Below are positions 11,414 through 25,867 of a DNA stretch of 64,000 nt, piece by piece (within the stretch, counting starts at the first letter, position 1; every line of letters starts with the position of its first letter). The position numbers and the translations under genes are program-made. This DNA is from Eukaryota sp. GEM-RC1. Lineage: Eukaryota. The DNA lies in the NCBI GenBank assembly GCA_040285855.1, contig JAUFOQ010000004.1, positions 1,674,001 to 1,738,000 of the forward strand, read 5' to 3'. The notes under the pieces are model-generated. The model had not been told where the DNA came from, did no database searches, and worked only from the letters and a program-made list of their open reading frames with translations.

Positions 11414-12754
11414 ATGACTCGTTTCATTTTCTTCCTTATCGGATGTATCATTCTCACATCTGCCGTAGATGTTTCAGTTATGCTTCCTCTTGATATGGTC
11501 GATTTCAATGGGAATCTTGCATACTCTGACAAGGTCATTCGCAACTGGTTTTATGACTTAAGAAATGCTTCCGTTGCAGGTGTTATGACTGATGTCTGGC
11601 ATGGTCTTACTGAACCACAACCCCACAAATACCACTTTGATCCTTACATCAAGCTCATCACCATTGCACGAGAAACTGGTTTAAAAGTTCAACTTGTTGC
11701 TTCATTCCATCGCTGTGGTGGTAACGTCGGAGACACATGTGACATTCCACTCCCCAAGTGGATCCTAGACGTAGGAAAATCAAACTCCAACATCTTCTAC
11801 ACTGATAAACACGGTCATCCAGACGAAGAATACCTTTCCCTCGGTGTTGACAATGAACGCCTCTTTGGTTCCCCTCCTCGTTCTCCCGTTGAAATCTACT
11901 CCGATTGGGTCCATGCTCTAGCTAAGGCCATCCGTCCCTTCATTCCTACCACCGTTGATGAGTTCCAAATAGGCCTGGGTCCTTGTGGAGAACTCCGGTA
12001 TCCTTCCTACCAGTTGGATCGATGGGGTTTCTGTGGGGTTGGAGAGTTCCAATGTTGGGATAAGTACATGCTTGAATCTCTCAAGAAAGCCGCTGATGCA
12101 TATGGTAAACCCTGGTACCTCCCCCCAGGTGATGCTGGCGAGTACAACTCACGACCTGATGATACTGGATTCTTTAGAACTAACGGAGGTTATGCGTCTG
12201 AATATGGTAACTTCTTTTTGAAGTGGTATTCTGGACAACTTATGGATCATTTCGATAGAGTTTTGGGTGCTATCAGAAGTAAGTTAGGTTCTCTCGGACT
12301 CTCCGATTTCCCGTTGGCTGTAAAGATTGCTGGTATTCATTGGCACTACAACCACGCTAGTCACGCGGCAGAGTTAACTGCTGGGTATTTCAATACTAAT
12401 GGAGTTGACGGATATGCTAAGATGATGCCATTGTTTAAGAAACATAACGTTGCTTTTGACTTTACTTGTCTGGAAATGAGAGATTGGGAGCAGCCTGGTG
12501 AGTGTAATTGTTCCCCTTGGAGTTTAGTTGGTCAGACTATTAAAGGAGCAAAGATCAATGGGTTGACTTTCTCTGGAGAAAACGCGATTGCTGGATTCGA
12601 GCAGAATAAGTTTGATACAATGATTGAGAATGTTAAGAGATATGGGAAGGGTTCTGTCAAGCAGATTACTTTCTTGAGACTTGGAGATTCAATGTTTTAT
12701 CCTGATAATTATAAGCGTATGAAGTCTTGGGTTGAGAGGATTGCTGAGTATTAG
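11414..12754 (+). CDS. Secreted beta-amylase (GH14)
   Basis: Signal peptide; VMLPLD, SFHRCGGNVGD, GLGPCGELRYPSY, KIAGIHWHY, HAAELTAGY, FTCLEM, GENA motifs. Confidence 0.95.
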   Translation: MTRFIFFLIGCIILTSAVDVSVMLPLDMVDFNGNLAYSDKVIRNWFYDLRNASVAGVMTDVWHGLTEPQPHKYHFDPYIKLITIARETGLKVQLVASFHRCGGNVGDTCDIPLPKWILDVGKSNSNIFYTDKHGHPDEEYLSLGVDNERLFGSPPRSPVEIYSDWVHALAKAIRPFIPTTVDEFQIGLGPCGELRYPSYQLDRWGFCGVGEFQCWDKYMLESLKKAADAYGKPWYLPPGDAGEYNSRPDDTGFFRTNGGYASEYGNFFLKWYSGQLMDHFDRVLGAIRSKLGSLGLSDFPLAVKIAGIHWHYNHASHAAELTAGYFNTNGVDGYAKMMPLFKKHNVAFDFTCLEMRDWEQPGECNCSPWSLVGQTIKGAKINGLTFSGENAIAGFEQNKFDTMIENVKRYGKGSVKQITFLRLGDSMFYPDNYKRMKSWVERIAEY

Positions 12755-13547
12755 TTTATTGTTTCTTTTATTTTCTAATGTAAATATATATGTTTCGTCA
12801 AAAGAGTGTTGTTGATTTCATTTCTGCGAAAACACTACGACAGAGGTAATCAGTTTCCTAATTTGCTTTTAGTTTCACGTGTTACATAATGAACAATGAA
12901 TGTTAGATTTTTCAGATCATCATTTTAGTATACTTTAGTGAAAAATTAACGAACAGTTTAAACCAAATTAACGAACGTCGATACTGGTTCACAAAGTTTG
13001 AATGACACCAAATGATAACCACTTTTTGCAATTTTAATGCATTAATATAAAGAAGAAGAAGAGTCGTCGTTTAGGTTTATTCACTACATCGGCGACAATA
13101 ATTAGTCTCACTGAGACTAAATACGAAGTGAGACTATATGTGGTAGAGGACAATTAGTCTCACAAAAATATTCTTACCAACATACATATTAAGACCAATA
13201 AAATGATTGGTTCTAATTCTACATTAAGAAACGGGGTTTATGATCAGTCAGTGAAATAAATGCATTTGCAGAAGTAAATAACTAACAGACACTAAATAAA
13301 GTATCTAAACTATGATCCTTCTGTCCATCACCGAACAACTTACCTAAAATTGAATTAAAATATCTGTGCATTGAACGAAACAACGCAAACGTTAACCTAC
13401 TCAACCAAAAATTTTCATTGAAAACTTTACCATACTCAGAACACAATTTACCAAAGGAAGTTAAAAATCCTTGTGCAGCTGGTCCAATATTACCGTATAT
13501 CGACATCGCAAAAGGTTGAAACACAAAAGAATTGTACCTGTCAACAT

Positions 13548-15578
13548 GGAAAAACACCGTATTTCATCATAATTCAATTTATAAAACCTAAAATCATCAT
13601 CTTCATCCCTTGAACTTTACTTAATGAAAAACACACTTTCTGCATTGGCTAATGCATTCTATCCTGGAAACATGCAACTTCAAGTGGGTGAGATTCTTGG
13701 AAAGAATCAGCTTGATGCTTCGACCCTTCTCCACGTCTACTCTATAAAGACAGATAAAGAAATATTCTGCAGTCAGTCGAACAATAGAAGACTAGATTTT
13801 GCTTGCAGTGCCGAAGAATGCTCCTTTCATGTCCATTGCACTTCCGATGGGGAGGAACATCCATTTACACTTAAAACCTTGAGAGGTCACCATCCATTCT
13901 GCAAGGCACTGCCAAAACAAAAAGTCACCGAACCTGTACTTGGTAGACTTTTAAGGGATCTCCTTCGACACGAAAAGCTCTCTCCTACTAAAATCTTCCA
14001 CGATCTTGATCGGCAAATGTCCAAAAGCTCCGTAGCAAGAGCCTGTCAAAAAGCACAATCCCTGTTCTTAGGGACATTGAAATCCTCATATGCATTTGTG
14101 GGTCCTTGGTGCAAAGAGCTTATTCAGAAAAATCCAGGCTCTGTAGCCGTGAGTACTGTCACTGAGAATGTCTTTACTTCGTGTTTTGTGGCACTTAAGG
14201 CAAGTATTGATGGATATCCATTTACGAAGCCATTAATTGCATTAGACGGGACCCATATTCGTACCTCTTTCAAAGGTGTTTTGTTGATCGCGGTAAGTGT
14301 AGATGCTATGGGTCATATTTTTCCTTTGTGCTATGGTGTATATGGCTCCGAAACTAAAGAAGCATGGACCCTTTTTTTAAGTTCCATGAAGGATATTTAC
14401 GATGTTAGTGGACGAATCTTCATTTCTGATCGCCAAAAAGGTCTTATTCCAACGTTAAAAGAATTGTTTCCGGAAAATCAGCACTGTCATTGTGTTTATC
14501 ATTTAGTACAAAACTACAAAACGAATGGTGGAAAAGGATCTGGACAGACAGTTCCTTTTTTATGGCAGGCTGCACGCACTCCAATCAAAGAAGACTTTGA
14601 AGAACTCTTGCAAAAGATACAGGAACATTGTCCTCAGGGGTATAACTATCTCCACACTAGTTCAGAATTTGAAGCTTGGGCGGAAAGTTGCATGACTGTT
14701 GCACGTTATGGACATATTACTTCAAACGTATGTGAAAGTATGAATGCTTCACTTTTGAAAGAGCGCATGTATCCTGTCACACAGTTACTGGAAGAAATCC
14801 GGAAGAAAATGGGGGAATGGTTTGTTGTAAGACGTTCAGAAGCAGCGGAAATGCAAGGAAGACAAGTTGATGTAGTGGAAGTGTTTGTTCAGACGCTAAT
14901 TGCGAAGACTCACACAATGCAAAGCACTGTAGTTGACAAAGAAGAAAAATTGTTTGAAGTATTGAGTGATGGAAAGCAGTATCTCGTCAATATCAGCTTG
15001 AAAGAGTGTAGATGTAAGCATTGGAGAGATGGGTTACCATGTGCTCATGCTATGAAGGTTATACGTGATTTCCACTTCAACATGGAAGACTTTATTGAGT
15101 TAGTGTACAGCACTGAGTATTATAGAAGAACGTACGCAATGAGACTCTTCTCACTCGATGAAATCCAAGGTGATGGTACCACCTTACCTCCTGAAAACAA
15201 TCGTGCTCCTGGAAGACCTTCCAACAACGCAAGAAGAAGAAAGTTTTTGAGCGGAAGAGGAAACAGTTGGGAACATCAAAGACGCGACCTGGAAAACTTC
15301 CAAGAGCTGATGATGAACTCATGGGGAAAGGTCACCAAATGGAAGTAGTTGAACGAGTTAATCCTGTGGAAGGAAAGGAATCCCGTCGGTGTTCTCTTTG
15401 TAGGCAGTTGGGACATAATGTCAGAACATGTCCAGAGAAGGAATAAATATATATAGTTCTTGTGTATACTTTTATTGGGCAATGAAATCAATGTATTGAT
15501 GAGAACCGGAACGAGAGAAAATGTGTTGATGAAATCTGGGACAGAAGATGAAAATTTGATGAAATCCGGGATGCACCC
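13548..15578 (+). mobile_element. Mutator-like (MULE) DNA transposon, apparently complete
   Basis: 9-bp TSD TGTCAACAT (13539-13547, 15579-15587). Imperfect TIRs GGAAAAACACCGTATTTCATCA / GGGTGCATCCCGGATTTCATCA. Confidence 0.88.
13624..15348 (+). CDS. MULE transposase with SWIM zinc finger
   Basis: LDGTH, ISDRQKGL, CVYH, TSNVCESMN (DDE with CxxH); SWIM CRC...GLPCAH. Confidence 0.92.
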   Translation: MKNTLSALANAFYPGNMQLQVGEILGKNQLDASTLLHVYSIKTDKEIFCSQSNNRRLDFACSAEECSFHVHCTSDGEEHPFTLKTLRGHHPFCKALPKQKVTEPVLGRLLRDLLRHEKLSPTKIFHDLDRQMSKSSVARACQKAQSLFLGTLKSSYAFVGPWCKELIQKNPGSVAVSTVTENVFTSCFVALKASIDGYPFTKPLIALDGTHIRTSFKGVLLIAVSVDAMGHIFPLCYGVYGSETKEAWTLFLSSMKDIYDVSGRIFISDRQKGLIPTLKELFPENQHCHCVYHLVQNYKTNGGKGSGQTVPFLWQAARTPIKEDFEELLQKIQEHCPQGYNYLHTSSEFEAWAESCMTVARYGHITSNVCESMNASLLKERMYPVTQLLEEIRKKMGEWFVVRRSEAAEMQGRQVDVVEVFVQTLIAKTHTMQSTVVDKEEKLFEVLSDGKQYLVNISLKECRCKHWRDGLPCAHAMKVIRDFHFNMEDFIELVYSTEYYRRTYAMRLFSLDEIQGDGTTLPPENNRAPGRPSNNARRRKFLSGRGNSWEHQRRDLENFQELMMNSWGKVTKWK

Positions 15579-16989
15579 TGTCAACATTCAATTTTTTAAT
15601 TAAGTGACAGTACTTTGTATTTTTTCCTTTATTCTACATTATAAATCATCTTCCTTCTATAATTTCTTCGTCCTGGAAACACCAGTGAGTGATGATGAGA
15701 AATAGGGAAAAATGTCATATCAGTGGAAGTACAATGTTGAACCGATCAATTTGTTACAACACACAATATATATGCTACTAGTTGAGAATTTGAACTACAT
15801 TGTACATCCAATTTTCAAAAATGAATGTTATTATACTACACTTATGATGTCAAGTAGATACCTCCATATTATCTGGATTCTCATTTTCCTCCCATTCTAG
15901 CAATTCTTCATTCTTGTATCTCCTCTATTGAAGTAAAGTCTATTCTTGTTGATAATTGTCTGCAAATCAACAGATATATGATTCTCATGAAAATGTCATG
16001 TTTCACACAAATTTGTGAACAATAAAATGGATACAATATCGAACATTACTACAAATGAGAGCGTTAATTCTCCTTCTGTTACATACACATAAGTAAAGCG
16101 ACTTTTATTGGTCCCAAATCTGTCAATGTACTTAAACTGAACATCATTTTTGAACGTATTTGGAAAAATTGATTACCATTAATAGTCTCACTGAGACTAA
16201 ATGTCAACTGAGACTAATTATTGTCGCCGGTGTAGTGGTTTGCTAAATAATTCAATCTGTGTTTGTGATAACCGATCTACAGCCACATTTCGTCACGTTG
16301 TTAGTTGCAAGAAATTTTTGCAATTTCGATCTGTTCTACATAACGCTGTCCGTAACGTTACTTATGAAATGTTCAAATCCTACAATTATAGTTGTAAAAT
16401 TGAACCTCTTCTGAAACATTATAGTGACAATACCGTGTTTGATTCTCGGCGTGGTGACTTAATTGCTCCTTTTCTGGATTCATCTCAAGTTTTGGTTGAT
16501 TTTACTACAGTTGACCCGTTTGCAAAAGTCTACCAAGACTCCATATTGAATGATTCGAATGGTTATCTGGAAAAGGCTGAACAGCGAAAGTGTTCAAATT
16601 ATGCGGATGCTTTGCAGAAGCTTAATGAAAATCTATATTGCAAGTTTTCATATGTTCCGTTTGCAATTTCATTTTTGGATAATATTGGTCTAGCCGGTTT
16701 AAAGTTTTTGAGTGATTTTAGTCTTTTATGTCGTTCTAATGGCAATGTGTTTAATAGCGCTGTATGGATTAATCGAATTATGTTCGCTCTTTATAGAAGC
16801 ATTCCCAAATATTTATGTTCCATTTATTCGAAGTTGTATAGGGACAATTCTCGTGTTGATGTGGTGAATTTAACTTCTTTCGTTTTCTGAATTAGTATGT
16901 ATGAATTTACAGTTGCAAATGAAATCTTATAATATAAAGAAGTGTGAATTTGGTGGACACACTTTCTCGTTAATTACAAAGAGCTTGTT

Positions 16990-17095
16990 CTGCTACAAGT
17001 AGTTAACAAATACTAGTTCAGAAAATGAAAGTACATAGTTGTAGTTAAATTCTACACATCAATTCGGGAGTTGTCCTTGTAAAAATTAGAATTAA
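16990..17095 (-). mobile_element. Short inverted copy of the RLE-LINE 3' end
   Basis: Reverse complement (TACAAGGACAACTCCCGAATTGATGTG...TTTTCTGAACTAGTAT) resembles 16836-16900. Confidence 0.55.
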
Positions 17096-17233
17096 TGGCA
17101 CTTATGATACGTACATGTTGTTATGAGTCCTCCTATCATTTGCAAGATAATACAGTTACTCAAATTTATATCGCACAATAATGTTGTGGTCACAAATTTG
17201 ATTCGCACATCTTTCACACACATTTGTTCATCT

Positions 17234-17325
17234 ATGTTAGCCACAGGTGTTAGTGAAGTGTTACTAGTACGTATAATTTGATTTATAAACACCCTTTACC
17301 TTCCCCTTTGCACATTTAGATATTA
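17234..17325 (-). repeat. Inverted near-identical copy of 1150-1239, the segment upstream of the Fanzor frame
   Basis: About 80 nt exact match GTGCAAAGGGGAAGGTAAAGGG...CTGTGGCTAACAT; the copies diverge after CTAACAT. Confidence 0.9.
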
Positions 17326-17459
17326 TCTAATAATGAATTATTGGATTCATTCACTGATGACTTTCGGGAAAGTGTCTAAGAAACATCATCAGATGAGAGT
17401 TTTCTACTTGAAACATACGATGAAAGCTAATTGTTAACCAACGAGTGACTTATTTTGAA

Positions 17460-17780
17460 CTCAATTCACACAACTTGATGGGATTGGATTGCATGATTAA
17501 TCATCTTTACTTCCAGCTAGAAACCTCGAGCATTGTCCCCAACCAACAGCAGTAGAATTTATAGTGGTAATGTTGTACCAAAAACAAGTAACGCTCATCT
17601 TACCACTGGGAATGAAAATTAAATTGGTGGTAACATCCTCTCTATGAGTATTTAGGCACAACACTAACCAACAGTAACACCAAGCAAATAGACTTACACG
17701 ATTATTTGATATACTGTTAAACGTAAAGAATACTGCTACCTGTATAAACTTCACAGACATTTTCAAGACGGCTCACCTTG
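17460..17780 (-). pseudogene. Decayed paralogous fragment of the RCC1-repeat gene 3' end
   Basis: TAVGWGQC...LAG matches TTAVGWGQCWGKGGILAG at ~10280-10335. Confidence 0.6.
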
Positions 17781-18058
17781 AAGACAGTATCAGAAAATAC
17801 AGTTCACAATAACCTCGAAATCGTTTGTCCACAGCAAGGAAAGCTGAAAGTTTCCCTCCGTAAAAATAAGAACAGACTTCTGTTCAGAATGTGAAAAGTA
17901 GAATCAGAAACTGAAAACAAGAATATGTGAATTCATTAATGTAAAGAATATTAGAAACCGATATTTTTATAATACATGTACATAAAATTCAATAAATATA
18001 ATTTACAAAGGAGACAAAAAAAATCAAAAATACTTAAAATTTCAATTTTTTTCAAAAA

Positions 18059-20791
18059 TCAACGTAACGAAAAAGCACTTGATTCAGAATTTACTCTTAC
18101 AGCATCACTTAAAAGAGTTAGCAATTTTTCAAAATGTTCTAGAAAAACAGACTGGTCTTGAATGTTCTGAAAAAGTTGACGTTTTAATGAACTACAATCG
18201 TGTTTGATTGAATCATACGGCGTAGAGCTCATAATCATTTCAAGATCATGTTCAGAGAAAGGCAAGTCTTGTAACTGATCAAATTTGATTGAACTAGCCT
18301 TCTTCAATTCGGGTTGAGCAGCATCAATCAAATTCTCAACTAAACTGATAATCATTTCAATAGAGGCTTTTAATACAGACTCACGGGGAGACTCCACTGT
18401 AGACCTTGATTTTTGACCCTTTGTTTGCGTCATCATTGATGATTGAAGGAAACTTACCCGTTCTGCCAACGTGTCGTTGAGAGCTTCAATTTCTGCTTTC
18501 TTCTCAGTAAGATCTGTTATAACTGATTTCTGCGATTTTAAAGTTTGAGTAAGTCGAGACAATCTAGAATTTAAAAGTTTTTTCTCTTTTGAAAAATTGT
18601 CGACTGCATTATTGAAATCCTTTGAAATCTGAGCGACCTGACTGGCATTAACCACCACTGATTGATTAAGTCGTCGTTGGTCAAGATTATACGACAGTCG
18701 TTTGACTTCTTGTGATAAATTTGAATTTTTAGATTCGAGTTTTGTGACACTTTCAACAAGTTCTTCTTTAACAGTTCTAATCGTTTCGACTTCAGATTTC
18801 AAATTTTCAATAATTGAATCTTTCCTGGAAATTTCAGATGAAGAATGTTTTAATTTTTGTTTAATTGAAGAATTTTCAGAAACCAATTTAGATTTCAGTT
18901 TTTCAAGTGCTTTGAGTTCCGAAAGAATTTTTCGACGTTCTGGATTCGGAAGTTGCTTAGCTTGTTTTTGAGCTTCTGCTTTCCCTGATAGTTGATCTTC
19001 AAGTCTGTGAATTTGATGCAAATATTTAGAAATTTCGCCTTTTTGAGCATCAATCGTACCATTCAATAATGCAATTCGCTTATTCAACAACTGGATTCGA
19101 TTACTCAAAACTCCTGTTTTCAACACCTTATTAATGGACAAATTAGACAAAAACGTGGAATTCACCAAAATACGAAGCTTTTCCCCTCCTAGTTTTCTCG
19201 AAAGTTGATCAAAAGAGTTCAACTTCTTCCTTAAATCATGAATGATGGCCTTCTGTGAACAAACTAGAGCAGACAGCTTAGGTACCTCAATTTTCTTAGG
19301 TGATAACGTGGCCAATTGAGCTCTTGACGTGATGACAGTCGCTATAGTGTCATCCTGGAGTTTCGAAAATGATTGAAGGAAACGGTCTTCCAAAGTCCGT
19401 TGACTTTCAAGGACTTCAATCAAAGTGTTCATTAGAATTACACCATTATCAATGTTTAATGAAGAAAACCAGTTTGAAACCGTTGGGAGAATCAGCAGTA
19501 CTTGATTTAAATCTTTTGATGGTATTTCTGATAGAGGAAATATTGGTAATAAGGATTCCAAAGCATCGGTTTGTACGTGTTTTGGAAACGTGTTGTAGGG
19601 CAGAAAGGTCATAATTCCACGTGAGGTCATTTCAGATTTTGGTCTTGGACCATTGGATATGTCATCTTTAAGTGATTGATACTCTTGTAACAAATTTCTT
19701 GAATTTTCTTCTGATTTTTGAACTTCTTCAATCAATGCATCACGTTCATTTTGAACTGTTTCCAATTGTGATCTCAAGTGTAATATTTGTCTTGACAGTG
19801 ATGATCTCTCAGCATCAGCTTGATGATACTTTTTCAGTAGCAACTGATCCTCACTCCGTTTCTGACTCTCAATCAATTCTGATTCTTGCTGACGTGATTC
19901 ATTTTTCTTCAACAACGCAACTTCCTCTCTCAATCCATCAATCACATCATCCATCGTCTTGATTTCCTTCACCAGCTCATCATTCTCCTCAATCAAACCC
20001 TGCTCACGTGATGACAGTTGTGCCAGCTCATGATTAACTTTCGCCAACTCAGCGTTCTTCTCATCCAACATCTCCTCATACCCACTAGCTTTATCCATGT
20101 ACTTCTGACATTCGCCCCTGAGCTTGTTAATGGTAACACAGGCTTCCTTTACTTGGGCTAGTTGCTTCACCTCAGCATCCCGATCCTTTGGCGTCGGTCC
20201 AGTTTGAACAGAGACATGTGATGCGGAGGAGGTTACAGATGAGTTGTATAGAGAGAGTTCTTGACGAAGTTCAGCGAGGACAGAGTGTTGTTGTAGAAGT
20301 TGGCTGTTTTGTTTTTGGATTATAGTTGATGATTCCTTGTCAAGAGAAGAGAGCTTGTCACATCGATCAGAGAGAGCTTCTACTGTCTTCTCCTTGTCTG
20401 TTAGAGCTAGTAGAATGTCTTTTTTTGAAGCTCGGAGGTCAGAAATGGTAGAATTGGCCTTGGATAGCTTGTCGTTGAGATCTTGAATGGTATTGTTTTT
20501 CTCATTAAAAGATTGAAAAAGATCGTCTAGATCACATGAAGTTAGACTTGTCTGGGTTTGAGCAGAAGAGTTTGAGGTAGATGATGGTTTATCTGAAGCA
20601 AGTACCAGTGAGATTTTTTGTTCAAGTTCACGTATTTTGGCTTGATATTCTTGAGTGCAAGTAGAAAGTTTCATGGCAATAGAGTCATTTTTGTCATGTG
20701 CTGCTGCTAATGATGACTTCAGATCAGCAATAGATCGATCTTTGGCTTGGAAAGCTGCCAAAATCCGTCGAGAAGTGTCTTCTTCTATCAT
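18059..20791 (-). CDS. Long coiled-coil protein, unknown function
   Basis: 910-aa open frame with heptad-rich K/E/L/S composition and no recognised catalytic motif. Confidence 0.8.
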   Translation of the reverse strand: MIEEDTSRRILAAFQAKDRSIADLKSSLAAAHDKNDSIAMKLSTCTQEYQAKIRELEQKISLVLASDKPSSTSNSSAQTQTSLTSCDLDDLFQSFNEKNNTIQDLNDKLSKANSTISDLRASKKDILLALTDKEKTVEALSDRCDKLSSLDKESSTIIQKQNSQLLQQHSVLAELRQELSLYNSSVTSSASHVSVQTGPTPKDRDAEVKQLAQVKEACVTINKLRGECQKYMDKASGYEEMLDEKNAELAKVNHELAQLSSREQGLIEENDELVKEIKTMDDVIDGLREEVALLKKNESRQQESELIESQKRSEDQLLLKKYHQADAERSSLSRQILHLRSQLETVQNERDALIEEVQKSEENSRNLLQEYQSLKDDISNGPRPKSEMTSRGIMTFLPYNTFPKHVQTDALESLLPIFPLSEIPSKDLNQVLLILPTVSNWFSSLNIDNGVILMNTLIEVLESQRTLEDRFLQSFSKLQDDTIATVITSRAQLATLSPKKIEVPKLSALVCSQKAIIHDLRKKLNSFDQLSRKLGGEKLRILVNSTFLSNLSINKVLKTGVLSNRIQLLNKRIALLNGTIDAQKGEISKYLHQIHRLEDQLSGKAEAQKQAKQLPNPERRKILSELKALEKLKSKLVSENSSIKQKLKHSSSEISRKDSIIENLKSEVETIRTVKEELVESVTKLESKNSNLSQEVKRLSYNLDQRRLNQSVVVNASQVAQISKDFNNAVDNFSKEKKLLNSRLSRLTQTLKSQKSVITDLTEKKAEIEALNDTLAERVSFLQSSMMTQTKGQKSRSTVESPRESVLKASIEMIISLVENLIDAAQPELKKASSIKFDQLQDLPFSEHDLEMIMSSTPYDSIKHDCSSLKRQLFQNIQDQSVFLEHFEKLLTLLSDAVRVNSESSAFSLR

Positions 20792-20856
20792 AGATTCATA
20801 TTTACAGAGGAAATTGAAGTCAAATAAATGTCAATAATCTCCTCAATTGTCTTTAA

Positions 20857-21663
20857 ATGCTTCCACCACCACTTCCATCAATAGCGAACTTAGCCACTGG
20901 CCTACGAGCTATGATTAATTCTTTGTCAGAAGATATTGAATCCTTCGATATGGATGTTTTTCATTCATGTGCATATCTTGTGTCAACATTTGCTCACATC
21001 AACACCATAGATGATCTACGATATCCAGTAGCTTCCATTGGCCTTTTTGCACTGAAAACTCTTCCTTCGGTTCAACACCTTCCTATTCTCACAGATCTCT
21101 TTTCCATATGCACCCCGCCTCAAGGATCTCGTTTGTACGTTCCGATTCAATGCTACGTCATCAACCTCCTTGTCAACTTTTCTCTTCCCCTCTCAACTCG
21201 ATCAGAAGCCGTAACTCTACTCACTAACTTTCTAGCTGCCTTCTCTACTTCCCCTGGCTTTGCTGACTTCGCTTACCCCATCCACATGCATCTTTCCAAT
21301 GTCCTCACCACTATCAACATCAATCCAGACTATAATCCCAACTCCTTCCTAGCTGACCTTGAACGTCTCGCAGATGCTCTCCTCTTGAACATTAACCTCA
21401 TTAAAGAACGAGAACCTGCTCATTTCTTAGATCCCGTTGCTCTAGTTACTTGGGAAGAAACTCTAAGACGACAAGGAGATTCACCATTGGAAGCTTTGGC
21501 GTCAGGAAGTGCTGACGTGGCAATGGCTGGCATTAGGACTTTGAAGAAGAGTAAGAGGAAGGAACAAATGAGGAAGAAGAAGGAAGTTTTGTTTCTTAAG
21601 AAAGTTGAAGATGCTATGCCTAAGGCAAGAACTGTTAGTGCTGAGGATTCTGGTTGGAAGTAG
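20857..21663 (+). CDS. NOC2-like protein (Noc2-domain-like, unusually short)
   Basis: LRYPV...LPSVQHLP, LYVPI, SPGFADFAYPI and HFLDP...WE...SPL resemble the Noc2 family C-terminal half; basic C-terminal tail. Confidence 0.55.
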   Translation: MLPPPLPSIANLATGLRAMINSLSEDIESFDMDVFHSCAYLVSTFAHINTIDDLRYPVASIGLFALKTLPSVQHLPILTDLFSICTPPQGSRLYVPIQCYVINLLVNFSLPLSTRSEAVTLLTNFLAAFSTSPGFADFAYPIHMHLSNVLTTININPDYNPNSFLADLERLADALLLNINLIKEREPAHFLDPVALVTWEETLRRQGDSPLEALASGSADVAMAGIRTLKKSKRKEQMRKKKEVLFLKKVEDAMPKARTVSAEDSGWK

Positions 21664-21883
21664 ATTATTTAAATTTTTCAATTTATAGTTTTTTAGTTGT
21701 TTTTTGTTTTATCTTTTCGTTTGAAATTTATCTGGTTTTTTGACCAATTATAATGATAAATTCTATATTCTTTATCGTGAAGCACGACATGAAAAAATAT
21801 AACAAACTAGAAAATAAATAACAATTGAAATAATTGAAAAACAGGTAAAATACAATGAAATACATAAATAAATACATTATAAA

Positions 21884-25509
<3,626 letters not shown>

Positions 25510-25867
25510 TCAGGCGGAGAAGAGAGGAAGGCAAAAATGGCATTTCACATCTCCTCTCTCAAAGATTCTTGCTTGGTGGAATTGTGTTATCGTAGCAGGT
25601 AGAGGTATAATTTCATCACACTCTCTTTGTCTCCTTTCATTTTAACATGGTTTTGATGGATTATGAACAACGGAACCGTATTGAATGATCAATATTAATT
25701 TGCCAACAACATGTTAACACCTTCGTACGAATGTTATTTTACGTTCTCTAATATAAGTGAACGAATTTGTGTCAAATACTACTCATGATTATAGAAGCAT
25801 TTCTAAGAAATTAAAAACACAATTGATTTACTAATAAAGAACGAAATCTCTATTCAAGTCAATAGAT

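Larger units (their letters stand above)
13227..15630 (-). mobile_element. 5'-truncated RLE-LINE fragment split by the MULE
   Basis: 11-bp TSD ATTCTACATTA at 13216-13226 and 15631-15641. Removing the MULE restores KYCHLIKKLNVDRYNSFVFQPFAMSIYGNIG...FWLSRL. Confidence 0.8.
13082..16237. mobile_element. Non-autonomous TIR element with CACTA termini
   Basis: 29-bp TIR CACTACA(T/C)CGGCGACAATAATTAGTCTCA at 13082-13110 and 16209-16237 with 1 mismatch. Subterminal palindromes TAGTCTCACTGAGACTA. 3-bp flanks ATT/GTT are imperfect. Confidence 0.75.
13056..16929 (+). mobile_element. 5'-truncated non-LTR retrotransposon (RLE type, CRE/NeSL-like), outer layer; coding part mostly 16238-16890
   Basis: CVC...H..SC zinc knuckle, HNAVRN, RRGDLI, VDFT, AEQRK, YVPFA, WINRI motifs. 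13-bp direct repeat TAATATAAAGAAG at 13043-13055 and 16930-16942. Left stub 13062-13081 reads RRLGL. Confidence 0.7.

Noticed and set aside
16201..16890. Standalone 229-aa gene
   Set aside because: Its ATG and first 12 codons lie in the CACTA-type element end; the rest is a truncated LINE endonuclease region.
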